DNA of 48,401 nucleotides, filler included, from Sphacelaria rigidula (taxonomy: Eukaryota), in assembly GCA_964200075.2 (NCBI GenBank). It is 3 parts of 3 records of this genome, joined end to end, with 100 filler letters (N's around TTAATTAATTAA, not from the genome) between each part and the next. Parts side by side here need not be neighbours in the genome. Positions count along the whole stretch, not along the records: positions 1 to 16,074 come from CAXNAA020001495.1; positions 16,175 to 32,240 come from CAXNAA020001496.1; 1 more part is not named here. The stretch is one strand, 5' to 3'. Below the pieces are notes generated by a model. It saw only the letters and a list, made by a program, of their open reading frames with translations. It made no database searches and was not told the DNA's origin. This document shows, piece by piece, positions 12,450 through 23,081 of the stretch. Position 1 is the stretch's first letter; every line of letters begins with the position of its first letter. The translations under genes and the position numbers were made by a program.

Positions 12450-12926
12450 CTTTGAAGCCGCTCGGTGAAGCAAACGAAACTGAAGTCCTGTAAAAATGCT
12501 TTTTTGGTCCTTCTTCGTCGTTTTGCGCCCTAGAAGAGAGCTAGGCGGAATGTGACACCTTCGAATGACTTGCTCTTCTCGTTTAAGCGGTTCCAGGACA
12601 TGTTCGCGTTTTCCGGTGGCCGCATTTTGATATTGGCCAAACTTGAATTTTTGTCCAAGAACGGTCAAGAACGGTCAAATCTAGAACACACTGCCATTTT
12701 TCTCTGGACTTGACCGTCTCTGGACAAGAATGCTTGTGTGGCCAAAAAGTAAACTGCGGCCGGACAAGGCGAACATGGTCTGGAACCCCTTGAACGAGTA
12801 CAGCACGTCATTCCAAGGCGTCAAACTTCGCCCAGCTCACTTTCAGGGCGTCAAACGACAGAGAAGAAGCAGAAAAGCGCTGTAACAGGTTTCTTGTTCT
12901 TGCCACGTATAAGGAGCGGCCTCAAC
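12450..12926. mobile_element. Fold-back (long imperfect inverted repeat) element in the PP2C intron
   Basis: Arms of about 230 bp pair around roughly 12690, e.g. GCGCCCTAGAAGAGAGCTAGGCG with CGCCCAGCTCACTTTCAGGGCGT, and GGTTCCAGGACATGTTCGC with GCGAACATGGTCTGGAACC. Confidence 0.75.
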
Positions 12927-13687
12927 AGTCATACATGCTCATTTGTTTTTGGATTTCTTCATTTTCATCGCTCTAGAGCTGAAAAAGCTGTGTGTGTGTC
13001 TGTACCAGAGTCGGCCAACAGCACCTCGTGCCATTTTTCGTGGATTGAAATATGTGATCATACCGCCAACCGGGCATGAACAGAAAAAGCACAAGTACAC
13101 GTTCGGAATGAAGGCCCGAGCATCCGTTGCTCCTTCGAGTGCAGTCGGTTGCAGTGTTGACGCACCACCTGTTCCACTTGCCGAAGTTGGCGTGGCTGCA
13201 CAACACGCTACTGCGCGGTACTGCGAGAAGCTGCATCAGATGGTCACATTTCATGAACAATCTCTGAGGCGAACTGATTTTTCGATACACCCGTTCTGAA
13301 GGGTGCGGTATGGTATCCAGGTAATTCCAAAACTCGAACGCCTCAATTTAGCACCCCCTGCGTCAGATAGGTCTTCATGACCCACGCTCCGCTCGCACCC
13401 ATCTCTCGAGAAGCAATCTAGGTCCTTTCTCTCATGCATGTAAATTGCAGCATACTTGATCCGAAGTTGCTGGAGCATGCCGTGCAGCGCACGCTAATGA
13501 ACAGTATTAATTTCGAGGTTGTGGATGATGACTTGTTCTGGCGTATTATTAATGTGGACATGAGGAGAAAGATCACACATGATCTTGACCATGCATGCGC
13601 CTGTATTTATTTGCCCCCTCGTATTCACATCTCGTGTTCCATCTGCTCTGCCTCGTGTCGTGGTTGGTGTTCTGCCGGTTACTTCAG

Positions 13688-13833
13688 ACGGAGGGCAGGC
13701 GTGCAGCGACTTTCTCTCTAAGAAGTTCCACCTTGAGCTGGCGAAGCACGCAAAGTTGCAGTCTGATCCGAAAGCAGCGTTATTGGAAGTATGGGATTCT
13801 ATGGACGGACTGTTCTACGAGAGCTGCGTACAG
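13688..13833 (+). CDS. PP2C phosphatase exon B
   Basis: TTCAG acceptor. C from exon A plus AC gives His and restores DG-H-GGQACSDFLSKKFHLELAKH...ALLEVWDSMDGLFYESCVQ. CAG|GTACTA donor, phase 0. Confidence 0.92.
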
Positions 13834-14490
13834 GTACTAGCCTCCAGTATACGTGTTTCTTATTTCGGCTACAGGCTGGTTCACGCTTGTCCAACCGTCT
13901 ATGTGTTCACTTGTTTCATGTGCGGATGAATGCTGCCGTTATATATTTTTTCCATTTACTCACTTGACCTGACATGAAGAAGCCTGAACCCGCGGTCTGG
14001 GAAAACCGGCTTGACGAATTTTGCGATGTAATGTGGTCTACCTCGTCAGTGACGGTAAACCCAACGGAAAAATAGGGCTCCCCGCCACTATTTTGTCAAT
14101 ACCAACGGAATGCAATGGAATGACTGGAAGTTGAAGCTCAATCCCAACGGGATGTAATGAAACGAAGCAACGAGACATTAACTCGTAGGCCGCGAGGGTA
14201 TTATAGTCTACCTGGGTCATGCGTAGTGTTTTCAAGTGATATTGATGCTAATTTCAACAGGTGACCTGCTCTCGCTGTCTTGAGGTTGAAGTCGAACAGG
14301 TATGCCGACGAGAAAATAATCGAAAAAAAAAAAAAAATCGTCGGAACTGCAACCCCACATCGTTTTGTCTCGTTGTTTCCATTTCTTCTTGCTTGGTATT
14401 TGCTGTTTATTGTGTCTTGATTCAACTGCTTGTCTCGCCGCTAATACACTGGACGGACGGGCGGGCGAATGGAACCCATCATCCCCACAG

Positions 14491-14716
14491 AAACGGAAAG
14501 CTCTCCTCAATGCCGCGAAGCGGAAAAACAACGCGTTTCCCGTCGGGAGCGGGGTGGTTATGGGCGGGGCAGGGGTGGGGGAAACGAAGCGGGAGCGGGA
14601 GCCTTTGTATTCGAGCCCGAGGCCTCTGGCATCATTTCCTATCGACGGGAGTACAGCGACGGTAGTGCTCATCGTGGGGAACACGTTGTTTTTAGCGAAC
14701 TGTGGGGATTCCGCTG
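14491..14716 (+). CDS. PP2C phosphatase exon C (downstream exons not found)
   Basis: CCCCACAG acceptor in phase 0. Encodes KRKALL...DGSTATVVLIVGNTLFLANCGDSA (the GST and ANxGDS motifs). G|GTGAGA donor. Confidence 0.88.
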
Positions 14717-15389
14717 GTGAGAGAGTGGGCATGTGTACTTGTTCGGTGAAGGTGTACCTTTTCGTTGTAGCCGCTGAATGTTGGGTATTGGCGGGTTCCA
14801 ATCATAACGACAGTGATTATTCGAGGATAGTTGTTTCCATGATGAAGTAATGAGGTGAATCCTTTGAGTTTTCGCAGATGAACATGCGAACATGGTCATT
14901 TTCCAATTATCATGATGTCGGCCCGACAGATGGAGACACCTGGACAGTTGAAAGATGGGTCAAAACGATCTTCTCGCTTGTCAAGAAGTCGAACAGAGTA
15001 TGAGGGATGATACCCATAATAAAGATGTCTCGAGATACAAGTAGCAGGTGATGGCATAGTCATGATAATAGTCAACATACACACGATACTACTACTAACG
15101 CTAAGTACGTTCACATCTCTGGCATCAAGCTGTTGAGCCAATCAATGGTATCGGTTGGATCAAGAAACTCAAAATGGCCAGCCGTGGACAATACGAACCA
15201 GGAATGGATGATGACCAAGTGACGTGTTAGTCGTTCACTTTCGGGAGTCTTGGACAGTCGTGCACCTCGTGAAGAGGAAACTGTGCTTTGCTCGAGCCTG
15301 ACTTGACACCCCTTGACCATACAGTATAGCCTTCGACTACGAGCTGAACCAGCCGAGAAGCGATTCTGCAGTTTGCAGGCCCATTTTTT

Positions 15390-15630
15390 GGCCAATACTT
15401 GAAGTTGGACCCTGAAATTTGGTATGGACAATGAGTAAGGCATAATTAAAAAATTTTCTGGCGTACGTTTTTTTTTATCATAAGTTAGGGGCATTTTACC
15501 GATATCTGAAAACTGATTATTGCCCTTAACTCATGAAGAAAAAAAATCCCTCGTGTACGCCACTCATTGTTTTTATTATGCCCTACTCATTGTCCATACC
15601 AAATTTCAGGGTCAAACTCCAAGAATTGGT
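15390..15630. repeat. Fold-back palindrome within a non-autonomous DNA-transposon-like repeat
   Basis: GGACCCTGAAATTTGGTATGGACAATGAGTAAGGCATAAT pairs with ATTATGCCCTACTCATTGTCCATACCAAATTTCAGGGTCA; the inner arms also pair. Confidence 0.8.
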
Positions 15631-16074
15631 CGTATAATGGGCCATTTAGTGACAGGGTCAGAAGAAATTCGAAACAGCATTTTGCAGGCCATTTACCGGC
15701 CCATATTTAGTGTTTGTGTATTGAAATCTTGTGTGGGCGCTCTTTGAGGCATAATTAACAAAATAAAGTGGGTCAGGTTAATTTTTTCAATTTTCCCCAG
15801 TGGTTTGGGGCGTTCTACTATGGTGAAGACTATTTCACGAAAACGCCCTAACCTGTATGAAAAAAAAAAAATGGAAGAGCCATTTTTTTAATTCGGCACT
15901 CTTTTGTGGTTCTCCACACCAAAATTCGTCGCCATCAGCTAAATGCATCGATCGGGAGTTTCATACAGGTTGAAGTGTGGACGCTATCTCCCTACGGTAT
16001 AGGAATTACTAGACATGGGGTTTAATCAACGAGAAAAAATGGGCTCAAACTTTTGAGAAGATGAGCACCTTCCC

Positions 16075-16174
16075 NNNNNNNNNNNNNNNNNNNNNNNNNN
16101 NNNNNNNNNNNNNNNNNNTTAATTAATTAANNNNNNNNNNNNNNNNNNNNNNNNNNNNNNNNNNNNNNNNNNNN
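16075..16174. other. Artificial scaffold join: 44 N + TTAATTAATTAA + 44 N
   Basis: Six-frame stop linker centred in Ns; identical structure at 32241-32340. Confidence 0.95.
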
Positions 16175-16219
16175 AGGAGTTGCACGTTTCAAGCCCACGT
16201 CCTCCACAAACGCGCGAAC

Positions 16220-16890
16220 TTTCACGCTGTCATTAGGAGTTAGATCTTGAAACTCTGCATATATATGCTTTGTATCATTACGCAACTTTCTACGCTGTTT
16301 TTTTACTTCTTGAGTTTTTCGCCGTTTTTCGGGAGTCCGACGGGATCGAAGTCGTTTTTCGAAGTAGTCTCCATTCTGGGACTCCAGAAAAACGGCACTA
16401 CGATATTTTGTTTTCATTTTTTCGCGAACTATCTGCCTCCGCATAACCCAAGGATGGGCTCCACAATTTTTCGTTGCAAAACTCGATCAACTGATGCTTG
16501 AGTTTCCATGTTCACGTCAAAGAAGGCCCAAAAATGCTGTTTTGGTACAAAAATCAAGTAGTTTGCGGTTTCACCGCGGCACGGCAAAGTTCATCGAACA
16601 AAAACGGAAAACCTCACGCCGTTTGAAGGAGTTAGACCCTGAAATTTTGTATAACTGTGCTTTGGGTCATTACGCAACTTTGGATGAACGATTTTATTAT
16701 TTAGTTTCTCTTGTTACCGTTTTACGGGGTCCGATTGGGTCGAGGTTTCCCCCAAAAACCTGGGACCCCCGGAAAAGGGTAAAAAACGTCAGAAAGTAAA
16801 AAAAAAAAAACTTCGAAAGTTGCGTAATTACCCGTAAAACATTCGTGCAAAATTTCAGGGTCCAACTCCTTAAAACGGCGTGAGGTTTTG
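16220..16890. repeat. Fold-back/palindromic repeat related to 15390-15630
   Basis: AAAACCTCACGCCGTTTGAAGGAGTTAGACCCTGAAATTTTG (16608) is inverted at 16848-16889, with a diverged direct copy at about 16222-16290. Shares the GAGTT.GACCCTGAAATTT core. Confidence 0.75.
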
Positions 16891-18400
16891 CCGTTGAGTG
16901 TTTTTTAATGAACAACCAGCCTGTAGCAACGTGAATGAACGACGTTATACTAGCCCGGGCAAACATGCAGAGATATCCACGGCACAAATGCAACAAATAG
17001 AACCGCATATTATAGTCGCCATGATGATGTCTGATATGGTACACGCTACGCCCTCGACCTTGGCTTCTGTGTGGCTGGGTAAAGAAGCGCCAAACGTTTT
17101 CTCTTGATAATGTTGTCAGATTAACCTCGCAGCGAACCGGTGCACTCAACAGAACCAGCAAGCAGGGGCGCACAACGCAGTCTCCATGACATCTTGTCTG
17201 TTCCAGCAAACACCAGACCGTCGACGTTGGGTTCAGTGCACAGCTGTGTACACAGACGACATTGTCTCTTGGTGGTTCGTGTCCTTTTGAGGGGCACAAC
17301 AAATACGGAAGATGGGTGTCTGTACAGTGAAGTTCACCGGTTGGTTTTAGTGTGGTTTCCAAAAACTGTATCGTTGAATAGGTTTCAAACGAAAGGTTCC
17401 AATTTGTGACACCGTTTAATACTGAATTCACGTAGCCTGTACAGTATAGAGGTTCCTAACCCTAACCATAACTTACAGCACTGCCGTCGTGCACCACGCT
17501 ATCGACAGCGATTGTGCAGGGAAGGGACTGAGCAATGAAGTACTGCTGAGGCTGGTGCTCTTCATAATCGGTGCCGTGAGCACAAATAGTAGGTGCTCTT
17601 TTACAATCCATGTGGTGTTGTCATTTTTGAGAGAGCCAAGCAGAACAAGACCAACCGGCATTGTGAGAGGTGATGCCGCGAGCCACAAGAGCGACTGCAG
17701 TGTTGCCGCGTCGTGCAAGAGCCGATCACCGATCACCGGCTGTGACGACCGATCACCGTTGTTGTGCTTGTCGCAAGAGTCGCTGCCGCCGCAAGCGATG
17801 CAAGCCACAAGAGCGATCACACATACGAATACTGTTGTAGTGTAGTGCAAGAGCCGACACCCATAAGATATTGCTGTTGCACTATGTTTGGCGGCAACAA
17901 TCTAGTTCCGTAGTCGAGGCACAGTCCAATTCCATAGTCACGACGTGTTGAAACTACTGTTCCGAAAATGATATTTTTTTTGGATAAAGTATGGAAAAAC
18001 CGGACACGATCGTCTTCATCACAGTATGCAGCGGCGAGACTTAACGCTGATAATAAAAAGGATAATAACCCCCTCAATGGCGATGTCTGTTTCAGTAGCT
18101 GCAACCAGGGATGTGCATGAGTGTATTGCAACCCTTCAGGTGTTCCCAGGTGAGACAAAGATCTGAACGTCAACATTTTTTTATCTTCGTTTTGTTGCCA
18201 GGTAACCATTCGTTGGGGAATGTAATATCGGCGTCTAAACATGTCGTCCGGAACACGTTGGGTTGTTGATACGCCAACGGTGTGGCAAATATTTCCGACT
18301 CTACCCCTCCGGAAAAAAGTGCTTTGGTAGGTGCAACACCGCGATGCCCCATCTCCTTAGCACAACCACAGCGTTCAACATCTGTAATATCAATGCGCAC

Positions 18401-19003
18401 CTTTACTCCCTCCACCCTCAGATCTGAAAGCGAGATCGTGAGGCCCCGAGCAATCCGCGCAGAAGGTGCCTCCACCACAAACTTAGCTAAGTTTTCGTCA
18501 TCACCCCATCGCTTACACGTCAAAAGCACTGCCTGCAGCTGCGTCGCCGTGCACCTCTTGTCCAGTTCAACCACCACGATTGGCGCCCGCTTGCCTCCTA
18601 TCCCCCAACCACTGCCCTTTAATTGCCGCAAGGCCGCCTCTGAAACGAGCGTCGCTGCTCCGGGCGGAGGGTCCACACCCGCCGCTTCCATTATCGCTCG
18701 CGACATAGCCTTCAAGGGAGCGTCAAGATCCTGCGCCCACAGCTTAACGTGAACAACCGAGGTCTGCGCGTGCAATGATAACCGTGTCGCCACCGTTTTA
18801 CCCGACCCCCTCTCACCGTGAACTAGGAGGGTGGGGTTATACCGTGATTCCACCTGGGCTCGGAGCTCTTCTGGGTCGAGCAGAGGTACGCGGTCAACGA
18901 AGCCTGGGCTGCCAGGACCGACGGTGGGGACCGGCACACGACATGCTCTGATTCCTTCCGCTGTTTTCCGGCTCTGATAGCTGCGAGAGCTCGCTACTAA
19001 GGC
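18401..19003 (-). CDS. P-loop NTPase (AAA+/STAND-like, tuzin-like layout), main exon
   Basis: Open frame with Walker A LLVHGERGSGKT and Walker B-like PIVVVELD. Acceptor TTCCGTACAG|GCC at 19003; candidate donor AAG|GTGCGC at 18400. The frame stays open to 18170. Confidence 0.75.
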
Positions 19004-19081
19004 CTGTACGGAAGAAGAGCAGAAACGCCAATTGAAATCGAAGGTATTGGTCCGCTAGGTAGCTGAATTGCTGTACTTGAC

Positions 19082-19242
19082 CCGCTTCGGAGGGTGCGAC
19101 GCGCGGACAGTATCAACATGCGCTTGCATTGCCGAGGCACACATCTGAATGTACCCGCTTTGCGCAGTCGGGGCAGTTTCACGGAGTTCTACCAATCCCC
19201 GCAGCAAAACAGGGGAGACAAAGTAATCCTTTGTAGCCCGCA
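19082..19242 (-). CDS. Probable upstream exon of the P-loop NTPase gene
   Basis: Polypyrimidine tract then AAG|TG. Encodes RATKDYFVSPVLLRGL...HPPKR, with a CGG|GTCAAG donor in phase with the 19003 exon across a 78-nt intron. ORF 19179-19613 may hold the first exon, but no phase-compatible donor was found. Confidence 0.55.
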
Positions 19243-20099
19243 CTTGGCGAACAAGCGTAGGCGAATGGGAGAGGGAGAGAGTGAAAGGACAATTGTGTTG
19301 AGTGTAAAAATAGGCGACATCGCTCCAGCATCAATATGCAGTATGTCCACAATACCGGAGCGTGACGAGCGTACTGTAGTATTTCGGACTTTTCAAAGCA
19401 TGTGAAATCTTTCGTCGGCACGTATTTCGCTCCTCCAGGAATCCACCGCTCAACGTTCGTTGCCGCAGGTATCACAAGCCTCAGCAAGCTGCTCCACCCT
19501 TTTTGTCGACACACCAACGTAGCAACCATTCCGGTGTGCACCGCGCGCTGATGGACCACCTCGTACTCATCCAGGCGTAGGTGCCGTGCTGTCAGCCGGC
19601 TACTAGACGCCATGTCTATATCTCATGATCAGGGCCCTGATACGTCCTTGGCGGGGGTTCATCAACTCGGGTATTAGCTTGTTAAAGGTTGGCTGATATC
19701 GTCTTGGAAGGACTGGCTGACGATTATGAGCCGATTACATTCAACGCCAAACGCAATGGTTTTTTGAATTTGGGTGACCTTGACGTTACGATGCGTAGCA
19801 TGCACGTTAATCGGGTCTCGCGAGTGGATGCCTGAACAACTAGGTGCCGTACGACGGCAATGCTAACGGCATCGCCAGTGGAGTCTGCATCTCAATATTA
19901 CACTGTGAGAAAAAAACCATTCGTGCGGTATCAAATGCGAGACGGCCATCCCAGAAACCAATCTGGCAACCATCAGCCAACAAAACTGCACGCTTTGTTA
20001 TTAAAGGGTTAATAAAGAACGGTACCCTCCAATCAGTATGCCCAAACTGCTACTGATCCATCGCCAACAACGATGACTCGAAATGTAACCCTGAACGGC

Positions 20100-21000
20100 A
20101 TAATCTGGTCGGTTCTACAATGAACAAGAGCAAGCGTACGTCGGGACCCATCGACGTTTCTCTGGTGGTCGACAGCGCGGCTTTCCGCCGTGTCATTGAT
20201 AGTCCGTGTTGCTGAATATCGAACATGACGTGCTTGATCACGTCAGGTTTCACCCCCGCATCACCATCCTAGCAGCTGGACAGCATCTACTCCACGGCAC
20301 CGGGAGAGGCATCGTATACTCCATCGTAACCGACCTCGAAGGCAATCAGCACTCCGCGCGCCTTCCAGCTCTGATTGTATCAGGACAGGGTGAATATCTG
20401 TTTTCACAATGTCAAGCATCGAAGAATGGGCAATCAGTGGTTTTACGCCGTAGTCATGTGTAAACTTGCGGAGATTCAAACCACCCATCAGTCAACAGTA
20501 GCGGAGCCCGATAACGTGTTGACATGAAGATCGCTCAAGTAGTGAACCAATTCAGCACCAAATCAGCATCCACGACTCCCGTGATTCCAGGATAAGTCGT
20601 GTGGGTGGGTACAGCTTTCAAGGAGAACCTGTTAAAAACACGACATGAGAACACCTACACCATTTTTGATCATAGTTGAAGCCGACCTTTGGCACAAGCA
20701 TCTGAGTCACCCTTGTGAACAAGTAACGCTATTACAGGTGTCACGTGTACCAATAAACAGGAGCAGAACGCAAGGATTCTCGTTCACCGTGAGACACTTG
20801 TATCACTAGTAAGAAAAAATCCCCGACGCATCCATCGTAGGACCATCGACTCCAACAACATCACTGGTATGGCCGACAACGACTGCCCTTCATATCGCAT
20901 CTACAGCCGTTCTTCTGGGAAAGTATCCAGCCCTCGAGGTGTCAGGTTCGTCAAACGACTACCCGCAACCAGAGCGGCGACAGCCACTGTAGCGAGAAAA
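20100..21000 (+). mobile_element. Heavily deleted Ty1/Copia pol relic
   Basis: LVVDSAA (protease), ITILAAGQHLLHGTGRG...LIVSGQGEYLFS, ADLWHKHLSHP (pre-integrase) and SYRIYSRSSGKVSSPRGVRF (post-integrase) occur in Copia order. Confidence 0.75.
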
Positions 21001-21132
21001 GTTCATCATGACTTCATAATTTCCAGATATTTGATGCGCTCGGCAAGCATGACGAAAATCTACACAGTTTTATTCCTTTCCCATATTTTGGAGGTGCTTG
21101 CGTCGTAGAATTCGTACGTTCCCGTAGGTTGA

Positions 21133-21790
21133 GTCATATTCCACAGTTTCAATTGTCCTATGCTTAGAGGGGAGGTCATCGCGGGAAAAAGGGGTGGGCA
21201 CTGTCAGCATCAACACCTGGTTCACGAGCGACGTGCGGGGGTGGAGAAAGCCGCATCACGCACGAGACCGTCACAGCACACATGGCAGGCGATTGCTGCT
21301 GAAAAGAGGTCGCGTCCCAGTAGTACACGGCGGCGTTGGGTAGGGTTCTTTACATGCCGGCCCCACGCCGTGCGCATGAATCTCAGATCATTCGCGTATA
21401 AGAGGTTCCCCTTCAGAGGTTGGTACTGGCCTCCCAGGGGTGACGCAAGTCGAAAATATATCAGTGATATTCCTTTTCCATGTTATGCAAGCATTTGTGT
21501 GGAAGAATATGTATCTTCCAGTAGATACTGTCATATTCCGCAGTTTCAATTGTCTCAGACCAAGAGTGGAGATCATCACGGGAAGAGGAGTGGGCACTTT
21601 CAGTATTAAGAGCTCGCTTCACGGGCGGTGTGCGGAGGTGGGAAAAGCACCATCACGCACGAGACCCGTCACAGAACACATCGCCAGTGATTGCTACTGA
21701 AAAAAGGTCGTGTCCCGGTAGTACACGGCGAACTTGTACAGGATTCTTGACATACCGGTCCCAACCCCGCGCGCACGGATTTGACATCAC
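21133..21790. repeat. Diverged direct duplication of about 260 bp (21133-21390 and 21530-21790)
   Basis: Both copies start GTCATATTCC.CAGTTTCAATTGTC and share CATCACGCACGAGACC and GTAGTACACGGCG. Confidence 0.85.
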
Positions 21791-21859
21791 ACTTGTACAC
21801 AGCATTTATGTATGATAAGGCTCGCTACCTGGGTGTACGTAGTGTACCACCCCTCACCC

Positions 21860-22192
21860 CTCGTTCCGCCACATCTAGTACAGCGGTCGGTGTTGCAGCT
21901 AAGCGTGCATTTGCCCTAGGTGGCGCACGTAGGAATAATACGCCGCCTCTGCCGCTATAGTTTCTGCCTGTATCTTGAGCGGAGCTGTATGGTAACACAG
22001 CCGCTATGGCGCGCAAGCCGGCTGTAACAATTCATACCGCGTGGAGATCTTTACATTGTCTTGAAGTGATACTGCGCGCAGTTCCCACTACGAGTATTGT
22101 GCACGTCACAGAAGGCAATGGCTTCAATACTGTGCGCAGTACATCCTTTTAAATTGTATACTGACTGTAGAAAGCTCTTGTCCAGGGTGTAA
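21860..22192. repeat. Dispersed repeat, direct copy of about 23635-23960
   Basis: Shared GCAGCTAAGCGTGCA.T..CCCTAGGTGGCGCACG, AGCTGTATGGTAACACAGCCGCTATGGCGCG and GACTGTAGAAAGCTC.TGTCCA.GGTGT. Confidence 0.85.
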
Positions 22193-22234
22193 TACATTTC
22201 CATACATATTAAGCGGTGAGATCGTGAAATAATC

Positions 22235-22439
22235 CAAGGGTAGGTCGAGTGGAGTATACTCAATTAGGGGGTATTTTGAAAGTCGTACTTAAAGTACTCA
22301 AATCGGGGGTAGGGTTCCAGGAATCGCTTCCCATCTATTTGTTTGGTACGACTTTCGACACCCTAGCCTAATTTGAGAACCCGAAGTACGTCTTTCAAAA
22401 TATCCCGCAATTGAGTATACTCTACTCGACCTGCCCTTG
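22235..22439. mobile_element. 205-bp hAT-type MITE
   Basis: TIRs of about 56 bp (CAAGGGTAGGTCGAGTGGAGTATACTCAATT... and ...AATTGAGTATACTCTACTCGACCTGCCCTTG). Perfect 8-bp TSD AAATAATC at 22227-22234 and 22440-22447. Confidence 0.88.
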
Positions 22440-23081
22440 AAATAATCCACAGCATATGGCCGAAGTGGAAGTGAGGCAATCATCGAAATGTTTACGTGCA
22501 AAGCCTGTGCGGCCGTACTCCAAGTTGATAACGCTAGAAGAACACCACTGCAACGGCCATTCCGGCTGTCGGCCTGTTTGCACGGCCGTCCCGGTAGTGA
22601 TGGCACTGTTTGCACCGGGATGTCACCCCCAGTGCCAGGTACGCCGGCAAGGGTTCGTGGCACTACCCACTGGTCGCGCGACAGAAGCTTAACGTTCAAC
22701 TGTCGAGATTTTTCAAGCAGAAATGTTTAGCTCCCAACCCTCACCCATATAGTGGATCATAAACCATGCTTGTTTGCTGGGTTTCTTTGAGCGTTCATCC
22801 ATAACTGGACGAAGATTGATGATGAGGCCGGCAGGATCCGTCGCAGCCTGCGTGCTCAACTGTCACTGTACCCACTATAGCCGTCATCAGGCAGCAGGGT
22901 GTTGAAAAAATAAACACCCACGCACTGTGGGTATCCATCGTATCAATGCAGACCAGGCCATCAGCGACTTCCCCTGCTGCAGCTGTGACTGTGACACCTT
23001 CCTCTAGTACCAATCTACAATTTTTCCAGTGATCTTCTACATGCTTTTGAGGACTGTTGGGTTTGCATAAGTGGGACCCAC

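Noticed and set aside
14930..15003. Next PP2C exon after GDSA
   Set aside because: An AG is present, but the phase-compatible frame gives no PP2C motif and stops after about 24 codons.
17454..17472. Telomeric repeat (CCTAACCCTAACC)
   Set aside because: Only about 2 units, interstitial and uninformative.
17473..17850. Signal-peptide protein, or 3' exon of the ATPase
   Set aside because: No recognisable domain, a non-ATG start, and no supportable splice link.
21440..21700. Smr domain (EIITGRG)
   Set aside because: There is no upstream DLHG motif, and the duplicate copy does not preserve the motif.
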